Shown: positions 1 through 13,300 of the stretch, piece by piece | How positions within the stretch are numbered: position 1 is the stretch's first letter | How the letters are laid out: each line of letters opens with the position of its first letter | NCBI GenBank assembly: GCA_051047955.1 | Contig: JBPGPT010000018.1 | Location: 248,001-312,000, forward strand | DNA length: 64,000 nucleotides | Direction: 5' to 3' | Origin: Cystobasidiomycetes sp. EMM_F5 | Taxonomy: Eukaryota | Translations under genes and position numbers: made by a program | The notes under the pieces: model-generated | Told to the model about the DNA's origin: nothing | The model's input: only the letters and a program-made list of their open reading frames with translations | The model's database searches: none

Positions 1-640
1 CAGGTCACCTTCCAGACAGAACTCGGTCAGCTCATCGACCTGATAACAGCTCCAGAAGACCATGTCGACTTGTCCAAATTCTCCCTGCAAAAGTGCGTAA
101 TGCGCCATTCGCAACTAGGCATCATTGACGTTCTTTTTCATGAGCAGACACTCGCTTATCGTTATATACAAGACAGCCTTCTACTCCTTCTATCTCCCCG
201 TTGCGCTCGCCATGCACATGTCTGGTGTGACAGACGAAGCTGCGTTCAAAACGGCGGAGGACTTGTTGGTTCCCATGGGCGAATACTTTCAGATCCAGGA
301 TGATTTCCTGGATTGCTATGCTGACCCAGAGGTACTGGGTAAAATTGGCACAGACATCCTGGACAACAAGTGTAGTTGGGTCATCAACACGGCTCTGGCA
401 AACGTTACACCGGAACAGAGGGCCATTCTCGACGAAAACTACGGTCGTAAAGACGCGCAGGCCGAACAGCGATGTAAGCAAGTCTTCCAGCAAGTCGGCA
501 TACCGGACAAGTATGCTGTATATGAAGCAGACTTTTATCAGAAGATCAATGCGCAGATTGATGCGGTTGACGAGAGTCACGGTCTGAAGAAGGAGGTGTT
601 GCGGAGCTTCTTGGCAAAGGTGTACAAGCGGTCAAAGTAG
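1..640 (+). CDS. ERG20: Farnesyl pyrophosphate synthase, 3' part (5' end outside the window)
   Basis: Exon 1-92 reads [27 protein letters not shown]. After a GT-AG intron come [11 protein letters not shown], the second Asp-rich motif [12 protein letters not shown] and [14 protein letters not shown], ending KVYKRSK* (TAG 638-640). Confidence 0.96.
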
Positions 641-924
641 GTATGATTCAGAATAGTCACCTAGCGGATCGTCCCAGCTTGTCATTTTCGTACGGTCCAA
701 TTACTCAGGATACAGATCTAATCAGATAACGCTCCGAAGTCGCGCCAGGCACCAATAAGCATTGCCTGCTCGCAACGCTGAAATGAACATGTTTTGCCTT
801 GCTGATCGTTCTTAAAGTATCGAAAAACGGTCATAAGGCCCGTGTTCAATACGGCCTTGCCCCTCACATGGCCATCTATCGAGGGAACCGTTCAAATTGC
901 TTTTGCAACAGCGACAATCCGAGC

Positions 925-1959
925 ATGTCATGGAAGGATGCGCTGGTCGACTATGCAAAGACTCCGGACCCATCGGAACTGCCTCCGGAGGTCTTGCTGA
1001 TGAGCACTGATAACACAATCTCCATCTGGGATAAGTTCCCGAAAGCAATGTTTCACTTTCTCGTCCTGCCCAGGTTGCCTTTCCAGCTGCCTGAACCTAC
1101 TCAGGACGTCTCTCAGACGACCCTGAACAGTCTCTCGTCACTAATATCGAATAAACATGGTTTGGCTGTCTTGAAGATTTTGAAATATGCCAGCTTGGAG
1201 GCGAGTGGGCAAGCTTGGACAAGTTGAGCGCGTTTGGATCATTGCTGAAAAAGCAGTCAAGTAGGTCATAGAGACTGTGGAGGACGAGATGGTCAAGAAA
1301 CATGGCTTCAAGTGGCCAATATCCGTCGGCTTTCATGCCGTCGAGTCCATGGCGCACGTACATCTGTAGGCTTCATGGGAGCAGTTGGAAGACGAAGTCC
1401 ACCTGATTGTGGTCGTTCATGTATACTTGAAAAGACACGTCATATCGCAAGACTTCGTTTCTGACAGCCTCAAGAATAAAAAACACTGGAATTCGTTCAA
1501 CCCATCGCACGGTAAGCATAGCTACAGTATTCATATCAGAGCTCAAATAACAGTGCGATGACCAGGATTTTTTCTACATCTCGACGACGTCCTCCAATGG
1601 GTGGAAAACAAGACACTGAAGGAGGCAGGTCTAATTTCTAGGATGATTCTAAAAAATTACAGCTGATGGCTAAACAGCATACAAAGTCCAAAGCAAACTA
1701 CGAGAAGCTGCTGAATAGCTCGCTAGAATGCTTTCGATGCGATGAAACTTTTTCAACGATCCCTAGACTGAAAGATCACCTGAGGCAGGAATTTGACAAG
1801 CTCAAGATCGACGCAGAAACGAGCAACCGCAAGACGAAGCGGAAAATGTCTGTTGACGACGAGCCGGATGAGCGGTCAGAAAGCAAGCATCGGAGAACAT
1901 TGTCAGATGCAGCAGAAGAGCCTGAACCGACTGAACAGTCTGGCAAGGCTCGAAAGTGA
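925..1959 (+). CDS. HNT3: Aprataxin-like HIT-family DNA 5'-adenylate hydrolase (5 exons)
   Basis: [17 protein letters not shown]. The spliced HIT motif reads [20 protein letters not shown], followed by KNKKHWNSF and a C-terminal zinc finger [20 protein letters not shown]. Confidence 0.92.
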
Positions 1960-2066
1960 CTAGTCAGTAGGTATGGACATTCATAGCACCTCGAATCCCG
2001 TTGTAATTTGCGTATTTCGTGTCAAGGTGTCTCCACCCTGAACCATCCCTAATTTGCATAATTTGC

Positions 2067-3368
2067 ATGCTCGCAGCATTTCGCAACAGCTGCACCCGCT
2101 TCACGTCGACGTCTGCCAGCAGCGTACCCAAGATGGCTACTCCGCAAGCTGTTGCTGGTCGTTCATTCAAGCTGGCGCTCATCCAGCTCGGCGGTATTGG
2201 CCCCGACAAGGCCAAGAATCTCCAAAGAGCCAAAGAGCTGACGCTTCGAGCTGCGAAGGGAAAGAACAGCGATGGCCAAGTTGACCTGCTGGTCCTGCCT
2301 GAAGTCTTTAACTCGCTCTACGGCACCGAGCACTTTGAGGAGTACGCTGAAGCGATATCGGGGTCGTCGGGACAAGGTGGTCCGTCGACGAGGATGCTCC
2401 ACGAGCTCGCGAAAGAGACTGGGAAATGGCTGATTGGGGGGAGTATACCCGAGCGAGACGATGCCGGAAGGATATATAATACTTGGTGCGGGTCTAATCA
2501 ATGTCCGGTTAGGATCCCGCTGATGCCGATATTCTAGCACGATATGGAACCCGCAAGGCGAGATGATTGGCAAGTATCGCAAGATGCATCTATTTGACAT
2601 TGATATTCCTGGTATGTGGAATCGACAAAGTGCGATTGCGGTACATGCTGACAATCTCTGCAGGCGGAATAACCTTTCAAGAATCCAAAGTACTGTCAGG
2701 CGGAAACGATCTGATGGTTTTCGAGACTGGTACGAGTGTCGTCGAATATAATGTGTCAGATCCAGCTGACCCTTCATACAGAATTTGGAAAGATTGGCCT
2801 TGTAAGCGGATCATGGCTCTGTCTGTACTTTATGACGCGCTGAGAGACGACCATACCACATTCTCAGGGCATCTGCTACGATGTCAGATTCCCTGAAGCT
2901 GCCATGATGGCTTCCCGACAGGGCTGCATTGCGATGATCTATCCATGTAGGTCAACACGCGACATCGAGACGCAGCATGCTGAGGGATTCAACGTCATCT
3001 CTAGCCGCCTTTAACACTACCACAGGACCGGTCTATTGGGAACTGCTTCAGCGTGCGCGGGCAGTGGACAACCAGATGTACGTCGGGATGTGCAGTCCTG
3101 CGCGTGCGGAGAGCGGGTATCCTGCATGGGGACACAGTATGCTCGTGGATCCGACGGGCAAAGTGACTGTAGAGCTAGACGAGAAGGAGGGGATCGCTTT
3201 CGCGGACGTTGGTGAGTTGTATGATTCGCAGAGGCCCACTGCGTGCTGACAACATTTCGTCCAGACGTTGACCTGATCAACAAGACTCGACGTAATATCC
3301 CGATATCGGTCCAGCGGAGGTTTGATTGCTATCCGGACGTGGCCGCGGGGAGTTTAGCGAGTAGATGA
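2067..3368 (+). CDS. NIT3: Nitrilase-family omega-amidase (Nit2/Nit3 type), multi-exon
   Basis: The E-K-C triad lies in [20 protein letters not shown] and [10 protein letters not shown]. Also [30 protein letters not shown] and C-terminal [12 protein letters not shown]. Stop TGA 3366-3368. Confidence 0.9.
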
Positions 3369-3501
3369 GCTTGAGTGTGTAATGTTTTGACACATTCAAT
3401 TGCTTGTATGTTGCCACTGGCCGGTCACCTGGGTTGCCTTCGCTCGCACTTGCTCCAACCAAAAAGGGCGACCAACTCTGCCATCGCTGTTGCTAGCAAA
3501 C

Positions 3502-6500
3502 ATGGCGCCAAAGGATAATGAGCGCGACGCTGGGGACGATGAGCCAAACTCGAGCGACGAGGAGGGCATTGATATTATGAACTCGGACGGGGACAGCAGC
3601 GACGAGGAGGAGGACGAGGACTCGGAGGAGGAGCGCAGGATCCGAGAAGGTGGGGCAGAAATGATGATGGAGCTCCAGCAGTCTTGAGCTCAATTACTGC
3701 TTTTGCATTGCAATGCAATTCCAGGATTCATCGCCGACGACGCAGACGACGACGAGCGCGAACGGAGGAGGAAGCGCAAGAAGAAGAAGAGAAAGCACAA
3801 AGAGCGTCAGTGGACGTCGACGACGGGAGACGTATGCTGCAAGCTGATTGATGGCCATGTTCAGGAGAATTCGAGGCATTGTCTGAAGACGATCTAGACC
3901 TGGTCGAGCAGAACACTGGACTACGCATTGACAGGCCTGAAGTGGTACATTGAATGGCAGAAGGAGATCTATTCCCCCACTGACAGTCTCCCATGCGATT
4001 ACAGCGAAAGCTCAAGAAGCTCAAACGGGCCGGAGCTGCTGAAGAGTCTGAGGACGAAGAGGACGCCCGCGAACCAGACCTCAGTAATATCTTTGATGAC
4101 ATACAACGCCGAAACAAGCCGAAAGACAAGCGACGAGCCAGAGACGATGTCGACATTCTCACCAAAGCCAACCGTGCGGCAGACATGGATGACATGGAGG
4201 AGGACGATATGGCAGACTTTATCGAGGAGGATAGTCCTGATGAGGAGGCTGGTGCCGACCGCGAGCAGAGGATACGTCGAAAAGCCAAAGACAAGGAGGC
4301 GGTCAGACGTAAGAAGGTCGCTGGCATCGCTTTTGGTGGTTTGAATATCACTGCAGAGTAGGTCCATACGCGGTACTCTTCTTTGTATGCTGATGAATCT
4401 GTCCTTCAGAGCGTGGGATGAGATACAAGAAGTCTTTGGCGACGGCCACGACTATGACGATGCACTCGAGTCGGATGGCGAAACATCAAAAGCACAACCA
4501 ACGCTCAGAGATGTGTTTGAGCCAGCAGAAATTGCCGAACGTATGATGACAGACGCGGATGATATCATCCGTGCCCTCGACATGCCCGAACGAATGCAGA
4601 TTGCACAGGCTAGCATACAACCAAAACCTACTACACTCGTTGATGGAGAGGTCCAGGAAGCCTCGGATTACCTCTTGGAGCGGGAACAGCTGAAAGAAGC
4701 GGCAGTCTGGGTCTCGTCGCGTATTTCCGACGCCTTGACGGAGAAGTACGTCCGAACCAAGGATGGAGTCTTCTCTCCCTTGTCGGAACCATTCATGAAT
4801 GCCGTCTTCAAGATTCTCGAATTCATCTGCGTCGACTACTTTGAAGTACCTTTTATCTGGGTTCACCGCCGAGACTATTTTATACACCACGACCCACAAG
4901 CCTACAACCCTTCAGATCGCTCTATCGCGCTGCTGACTCGCGAAGACTTGTGGAAAATCTACTCGCTAGCCATCAAGTATCGTGCCATTCTAGACCGCAA
5001 AGCGTCACTCCTGAAGTTATGGGAAAAGGTGCAGACTGAAGATGCATACTTTGACGATCTCTTTGCGAGAGTCGAGAGTCTCGATGAGGTGTCAGATCTC
5101 GTGGATTTCGTGACAATCAAGTACGCAAGACGCATCAAAGAGCTGGCAGAATTGGCGGGCGCAAACGTGATACCGGAAGATGCCGAAGTGGACGCCGTTC
5201 GCAATGGACCAGACGGAGTCAAGCATAAGCGCGCTACGTCAAATTCCCGTTACGAGCGCGCAAAGTCATCTATGGTCTCCAAGTTTGCAGAGGTGCGTAA
5301 CGCTTGAATAGCTATCAAGCAGGACGTGGCCAAGCTGATCCGATCTGCAGCGAGCCGCGTTCCCGGCAGAGGTACTGGCACAACGCTTTGTGACTTTGGA
5401 CAAGTCGCAGATCTTCGAGGATCCACCATCTGGACCGCGAAACTACGCCATAGAATTCGCTGATCCTGCCAGTGCATTTATGGATGCAGAAAGCGTTATA
5501 AACGGCGCACTACTAATACTTACGACGGAACTAGCAAAAGAGCCGACTCTGCGCAAAGAGATTCGTCATGCGTTTCGTGACTTTGGCATAATCAGCGTGC
5601 GACCCACCGACCTGGGCGCTACAAAGATTGACGAAATGCACCCTTACTATGCTTTCAAGTATCTACTGGATAAGCCTGTCGAGATGTTCCGAAACTCGCC
5701 CCAGTTCTTGCAGATCTTGGCGGCAGAGACAGAGGGTCTCGTCTCGGTAGATATTCGTATAGGCCGCGAGAAGCTGAATCAGCTCACAATTTCCATTTAC
5801 GATGTCTACTTGGATTCTACGTACACCTCGGACGATGCTAAAGAATGGAATCACTTCCGAGAACGTGTCATTGTCGATACGCTTACACATCACCTTCTTC
5901 CACTCGGTACCCGTTATATCCGTGACTGGCTACGAGATACGGAGGAGGACTTCATTGCCAATCGATGCGCGTCCAAGTTGGAAGAGGTGCGTAGATTTTC
6001 AGAGTCCGCACGATATCGACTAATTCTGTTATGTAGCGAGCGGATATGGCACCTTTCCGACCAAAATGGAAAACGAAGGGCGATGTCCCGAGAGTGCTCG
6101 CCATCTCTCACGGGCAAGGTGATATCAAAAAGGACTTTGTATACGCTGTGTGCTTAAACAATAAGGGCCGGCTGATAGACCACGAACGCTATGCCGACAT
6201 TCGTAATGCCGATACCAAGGAAGCTCTTGCTGCGCATATCGAGCGCCTCAAGCCCGATGTCATCGTTATAGGAGGCTTTACGCCGGCCACACATCGCCTT
6301 CGGGAGGACGTGAAGATTTGCACCAGTAACATCGAAAGTAAGCGTCGAGAGGCGATAGAGCAGGACCAATCACTCGACTCGACAGCAAAGATGAACGCTC
6401 GCGACAAGGCCGTCATTGACATCATCTATGTGCACGACGAAGTGGCACGCTTATATCAACATAGTCGCCGGGCCAATGACGAGTACGGTAATCTTACGAA

Positions 6501-8657
6501 TATTGCACGTTACTGCGTCGGTCTCGCTCGTTTTGCACAAAATCCTGTCTGCGAGTACGCATCGCTCGGACAGGATCTGGCGAATATCTCCTATGATCCA
6601 CATCAGAAATTGGTAAGCTGGCTGAACTGCGGAAACGAAGCGAATATTGACGAACAAAATGTCATAGGTGCCGAAAGACAAGCTTATGTCATACTTGGAG
6701 GTTGCCCTCGTGAACGTCGTAAATATCGTAGGCGTCGACATCAACAAGGCAGTGCGGGACCCATACTACCGTCTGCTTCTTCCGTATGTTTCCGGACTGG
6801 GTCCACGAAAAGCGGATGGTATGGTCAAGCGTATCAATGCAATCTGCGGAGGCACTCTTTCTTGTCGGGCTGATCTTGTTAAGCGCGAGATATGCACGTC
6901 ACGAATCTTCATGGACTGCGTCGCTTTCTTGCGCATAGCATCGGAAGCAGAGGAGGAAGAGGATGATTACGACATTCTGGACTGTACCCGCATACATGCC
7001 GAGGACTATCATATTGCTCGGAAAATGGCTGCAGATGCTGAAGATATGGATGAGGAAGACATCGAGGATCTCTCACATCCTTCCGGGGCGGTAGTGCAAT
7101 TGATGGAGAACGGTGCTGGCAAACTGGACGAACTCAGTCTCGATGATTTCGCTTCTGCGCTTTTCAACACGCAACATCTGCAAAAGCGTCTCACGCTTTA
7201 CATGATTCGCGACGAACTGCAGCGTCCATACAGCGAAAGACGGGCGGAATTCTCGCAACCTGCCGAGCAGGAAATATTCACGATGTTGACAGGCGAGACA
7301 CGACAGACTCTAGACTTGGGCCTCATCGTTCCTGTCGTCATCGTGCGGGTGCTGCCCAATGGCGGCATCCTATGCCGATTAGACTCCGGTATAACAGGCA
7401 TGGTCAATCAAGGCTATTACGAGGGCGACACTCAGTACCAGCCAGGTCAGACGGTCCAAGGCCAGGTCATTGCTATGAGTTTGGCCAATCTCAGCGTCGA
7501 GTTGTCATTACTGCAGCAAAGTGTGGCTACCGACGATTCCGACCGAAGAAAGGTACAGCCAGACCGCTTTTACGATCACGTACAGCTTAGCATGGACAAG
7601 CAAGCTGTCGAAGCCAAACATAAGCGTGCGCAAGGACGTCAACGAAGGGTAGTTAATCATCCGAACTTCCAGAATTTCAGCGCCGGATCAGCCGAGCAGT
7701 ACCTTGCCAACATGCAGCGTGGAGATTGTGTTGTACGTCCGTCCTCGCGAGGGTTCGATCATCTGGCAATTACGTGGAAGGTCGACGACGGCATATATCA
7801 GCACATCGGTAAGTCTTGGGTTTTTGCTTGACGTGTCGAACTTGCCTAACACTCGCATCAGATGTCCTCGAGCTCGATAAGCCGAATGAGATGTCGCTAG
7901 GTCGACAATTACGTATACAAAACAAATACACCTACGCAGACTTGGATGAATTAATCGTATCACATGTCCGCGGTATGGCCCGCAAGGTCGACGAGATGCT
8001 GCATTCAGAAAAATACAAAGGTTCAGAAGAGAATCTACGTGAGTCACGGTCAAATCCGAACGTCGTGTATGCTGACTCGCTCTGCGCAGGCAAATGGTTG
8101 AGTACATCCATTATGGCGGAACCGAACAAGAGTTTCTACGGGTTCGCCCTAGACAGGCGTAGGCCTGGCAATTTCCTGATTGGATTCCTGACGAAAGGCT
8201 ATGAAATACAAACTTGGGTAAGGGTGTAGAATTTCTTAATTGTCCAGTGCCATACTGACCATATCTGTTCAACAGAATGTCACCGTCGAGCCAGGTGCAT
8301 TCGTATTACAGGGCAACGCGGATCCGGCGCCGACAGTGACACTGCTCTGCAACGCTTTCAAGTCAACTTATCTCACGTTGCGGTTCCAGCAACCCGGAGC
8401 ATCTGCTAGCCATACCAACAGACCGCAGCAGCCAAGTCGGACGCCGATGCATTGTAAGGTCGTTGTTGCGGACAATCGGCTCTAGCTAACGATATATGAC
8501 TGCAGATCCACCTCAGGGCAACATGACACCGTACGGTGCTGGTGCTCGCAGCCCGTTCCCAGCCGGCAGGCCTCCAATACCAATGCCTATGCATATGCCG
8601 CCACCACCCGTCACTGGGGCCTACATCCATCCGTCACGTCAAGCAGCATACCGCTGA
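3502..8657 (+). CDS. SPT6: Transcription elongation factor / histone chaperone Spt6, multi-exon
   Basis: Acidic N-terminus with GFIADD, then DVFEPAEI..DMPERMQI and FEVPFIWVHRRDY. YqgF/HhH region VGVDIN..LPYVSGLGPRKA, an S1 domain, and SH2 region RVVNHPNF..VRPSSRGFDHLAITWKVDDGIYQH. Pro-rich last exon ends at TGA 8655-8657. Confidence 0.96.
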
Positions 8658-8901
8658 GTCGCACAGAAGCCAGTATAGTAGTATGGTCAGAGTGATGTTG
8701 TATTGCGCCAGCTGGCATGAAACGCAAGTTGACGATATCTCGCGGCTGTCAAGGTGCAGGTGGCAAACCGACAACCACCCTATCTACCGGCTGACTATAA
8801 ATGCCTCAAGTTTTCATTCTTGCAGCTGTTTCTTCCTTACACACCCTTCCGCTTACTAGCACTTCGTGGCCGACCAGAGTACCAAATCAATCTGATCCTC
8901 G

Positions 8902-10328
8902 ATGCAATTCCGGCGAACATCCTCTGTCAGCTACTCTGATGGATCCGCACCAGTACACACGCAAGCAAGACAAGGCGCGCGACCGAAGTGGTTGATTATT
9001 GTCTCCTTGGCGGAAGACATCACGAGATCAAGGGGCACATCGCAAGCGGATCCGGCCCTCCTACCCCTTCACTTGACCTTGCAGGCTCAGATTGCTGCCA
9101 TAGCAAGACATTACAGAATTGCTAATGGTATGCAAAACCAGAGCATGGTGCCGCTTTTGATATCTGACGGTCTGAGCAACAGAGAAGGATGTTGGCCTCG
9201 CTGTGAATACGCTGACCGGGATGCCCCTGGTGCATATCTCAGCAGATGCCTGGTATATCATGTGGCAGGGTCTGCCGTGCGAAGGTGGACCTCCGCAGAG
9301 TGTGCTCACTCCGGAATCCGGGGTAATGCCGCGGGTCATATTGCGTAAGTAGGTCTGGTCATAAACAAGCGCAGGCTGAACTGGTCTTGAGTGCAGCGAT
9401 TGCCGGCAGCGTAATTCTGGTGACAAGGCCTACTGACAAGGGATACAATGTGACAGTGGACAAAGGCGCTCATCATACGCCGAAGATCCCTGCTGTGACA
9501 CCTCGGAAAGAAGGTACCTTGCTCGCCTCCAATACTTTACGAATTACGCCTCAACCCACTTGCGATGCATCGACTCAGGATCACATCTCTGTGACCCTGC
9601 CTGATCCAATTAGTCATGACGAGAGCGCATCTGCGTCGCGCCTCGGTGGCACATTCATGCGAGGGAAAGCTGTATGGCAGAGTCGCAATCTTGCCTATCC
9701 ATCGTCTTTGTACGACATATACCCTACTCTCTACCCACACTTGAGGGTGTATCCTGTCATCCCGCACAAAAGCTTATCGAAGCCTAGCGTAAGACCGCCT
9801 TTGCAGATCAGTCTACCGAAACAGAGCAGCGCGAAGTTAAGTATTGGACAAGACAGTGGACAATCAAGCGACGAGTCCAATAGTTGGCCTCCGACACCAT
9901 GTTCTCCAGACCGCTTGCCGTCGGCGTCACTCATGGATCGAATGCAATGGTCACCAATTGAGCTGGCGGCCTTCCGTCAAGCTGCCGCGACAAAGTCGGG
10001 TCTTATACGCAACACACAAAGGGTTCTTGGTGATAGATTCATTCGGCCCCAGCTTGTGGAGCGAGAGTGGAATGCCAACATGCGATCCCTCGCAGAATGC
10101 TCGGCAGTCAGTCCGGTTCCTCTTGATTTTGCGGCGAATCCGGCTTCATTCGAAGAAGCCCGCAATATTTCTGAACGACCGCTGCGATCAGAAGCCGAGG
10201 AAAAATCAGCAATCTCTAGCCAGCGGTACCCCACATGTTTGATGAGGCTTTATCCCGCGGTATACCCGCATTTCGACTTGTATCCGACAAAGAACGATGG
10301 TACATGTCTGAGAAACAATGCGTTGTAG
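8902..10328 (+). CDS. Hypothetical protein with two YPxxxxxxYPxxYPHxxxYP motifs (3 exons)
   Basis: Introns at ~9128-9183 and ~9345-9397 join LLPLHLTLQAQIAAIARHYRI, HISADAWYIMW and LPIAGSVIL in one frame with ORF 9387-10328. It resembles an uncharacterised basidiomycete family (recalled, not searched). Confidence 0.65.
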
Positions 10329-10372
10329 CTTGGAAGTCCAGATCTTCGTGACAAGTCCTTAATATCCGGACA

Positions 10373-13300
10373 CTAACTAGAGTTGTCGAGGTAAGCCCTC
10401 TTAGCGGCTTGCATTACGCTTTTCAAGGAAGCGTATCGTTCCTCGATGTAATTTTCATCCCGACTCTCGAGATGCCGAATGATGCGACGGGCCTCCTGTG
10501 ATCGCCTTTCGCGCCGAGCGTCCCTGTCTTTGGGCATGTCCGCCTCAAGTGGCAGCTTGTCCATGGCGCTACATTTCTGGCGGACCTCTTGCGCAGTGTC
10601 ATACATGAAATCTGTCACGCGTACAAGAGGTCAGATGGCGTGTACAGTGCCAAAGAAGCAGAACGCACGTCGGAGAGCATGGTGAAGCTCGCATCTCCGA
10701 GCACAGAATCGGCCCAAATCGAAGATTTCTACTTCTTCTTTTTCATCATCCTCATCCTCCTCGTCTGAATCTGAGTCTGACTTTTCGTAATCGTACCATG
10801 TTTCAGGATCGTACGGTGTTCCCTACAATCAATCAAATTTCAGCCAAGCGTTCCAATACCAATAGCAATCAATGAAACACACGGAAAGTGTTGCTCTGTT
10901 CGAAGCAATTTTATCCTTGCTGTAGGTTATTGATTAATCAGACAGCATTGGGCTTTCTGTAGAACATGTCTCACCCGTTGCAACCTTGACAGCCTTGCGA
11001 CAACTCGATCAATTCCACGTCAATGATTGGTCGCTCGTCCAATGCAGTGCGAAATTTCGCATTCCAAATTGACGACGCGATCGAGCTATTAACGACTGAA
11101 TCGATGTATTGCCGAACTTGCTGGATCGAATAGACGAATTCTCGGTTTTTGCGGATATCCCGAGACTTCGGCAGGAAATGTGAATGTACTAGGTAGTGCA
11201 CCTGTGCAGAACGCATTCAGACACAATGCCAACAGGAAGTAGGCACAGCCAAGATGCTCACAAAGAATCGGAAATGCTCGGAAAACTGCAGCTTGCCATG
11301 TCGCGTGAATTCTATGGGCATTTGAGCTTCGGTCTCAGCTCTGGTGATCTCGGTAGCATCGTCGGGCTCGATGAAGTCGCCAAGATCCGCGTTCAGGTCT
11401 ACCGGTCCCTCCTCAACGCTTCCCTCTTCGTCATCATCTGAATCTTCTTCTTCCGAGTCGGCTGTACTTTCCTTCGTATCATCGTCATCTTCCTTATCCT
11501 CCGAATCGGAACCATGAATCACAGTTCTTTTCTGCTTCTGCTTCGCTACATACCGAAATGATCATGAGCGCTCGAGACAGGAGATGTAACGGTTCCTAAC
11601 ACACCTTGCTTTTTGTTTCTTTTGGCAGTATACTTAGCGAGGCGTGAATCCTTCTGGGTTGCAGGGCGCAATTTCTGTGGAATGATATCTGTAATCGGGT
11701 GTCAGGAGGTTGCACACACTCCGGAAATCAGCCTAATCGGCTTACGGGTACGATGTTCATCGAGCTCCAAGTCGTCCTCATCTTCTTCGTTGCGTGATCC
11801 TTCCGACGTTGGCGCGTCATCATCACTGTCGCTAACAACCCTTTTCTTTACCGGCGAAGTGCTCGAGTTCGACGCAGATGTGCCATCGTCAGACGACGAA
11901 GAGCCTGACGCTGGCGTTGCTGAACGTTTTGCTCGCTTCTTACCGACGCGACCTGACCGCTCTGAGTTTAAACTAGATTCCGCCTCACTGTCCGTAGGCG
12001 GCTGTATGATTGCTTTCTGTGCTTTGCGAACTTTTGACGTGGATGGGCCGGAATCTCCGTCAATGTCATCACTTCGAAATAGTTTCTGATTTGATCTATC
12101 AGCAGACTTGGGCAGACTACCCTTGCTCCGCCGAGCCTTTCTCGGTTTGGTCGTTACGGCCGATGAACGGAAGATTGGCAGAGACTTTTGTGAACTTCGC
12201 TTCTGCGACGAGCCGTCTCCCCGTGAATCGTCCGCGTCAGTCTCGTGTTCAGAGGCTGATTCGACAACCTTGTTTTTCCGCTTCTCGGATGCTAGCTTCT
12301 TAGCTTCGGATTTGCGCCGGGATGCTGCAAGCATTTCTTTCGGTGACTTGTGCGCTGAATCCTTAGTGCCTGAGTGTGCAGATCCCGATCCTTCGGAGAC
12401 ATCGTCAGTGTCATCGCCGCGTGCCCGCTTTTTTGGCTTCCTTCTGCTAGTGCGCTGCGCTTTATGTTGATCTTTGATTCTGCGGTCCACTTTGGCAGTA
12501 GTTGCAATGTCGTCGCTATCATCAACAACAAAGTCCTCTTCAGGAATCTCCGATACCTCTTCTTCGGTACCATCGGAATCCGAGCTGGACTCTACAGCAT
12601 TTCTCCTGCGAGCCAATTTGCGAGCACCTTTTTTAGCTGAACTGGGGCGAGAGCTATCGCGAATGCGGCGCCGTTTCTTTGCAGCGGTATTAGATTCGAT
12701 GACTGGCTTTTTTCTCTTGCGCGGAGAAGGTTCGACTTCACTCTCATTGTCTTCTGCGCTTTCATCACTTGCGAAGCGTTCGTCGTTGAGTGGCTAGGTG
12801 ACCACAAGGGTTAGCATTCGTCGTATGTCAATCACCGCAGCGAGCGCTTACGATCGATGTATTAGTACTGGATTTTGCGCTGCCCTTGAAAGATTTACTG
12901 AAAGTGGGGGTTCTGTTTGCCTGCATTCGTTCGGCAAACGAGGGCTTAGGAGTAGTAGTATGTTGACTTGGTGAGACTTTTTTGACGGGAGCGCGGTCCT
13001 CCCCTCTCACGAGTCGTCTAGAAGACTGCGACGAAGGTCTCGGCGCTTCCGATGTACCGCTTATATCATTATCTGACTCTGCTTCAGACTTAGGCAACGG
13101 CTCGACGGGCTTCTCCACAGGCTTTTCTGAAATCGATATGCTCTGCTTTGTCGCCTCAGTCCGCTGAGCTGTATTTGACGGGACGCCCGCAGATTCAGGT
13201 TCCGAGTACTCGACATCGAGTGGGATAGGCTTGGGCGCCTGCTTAGGTGGTAATGGTGCAGGCTGTTCTGATATATCAGGCAATGGATCATCGACTGCGT

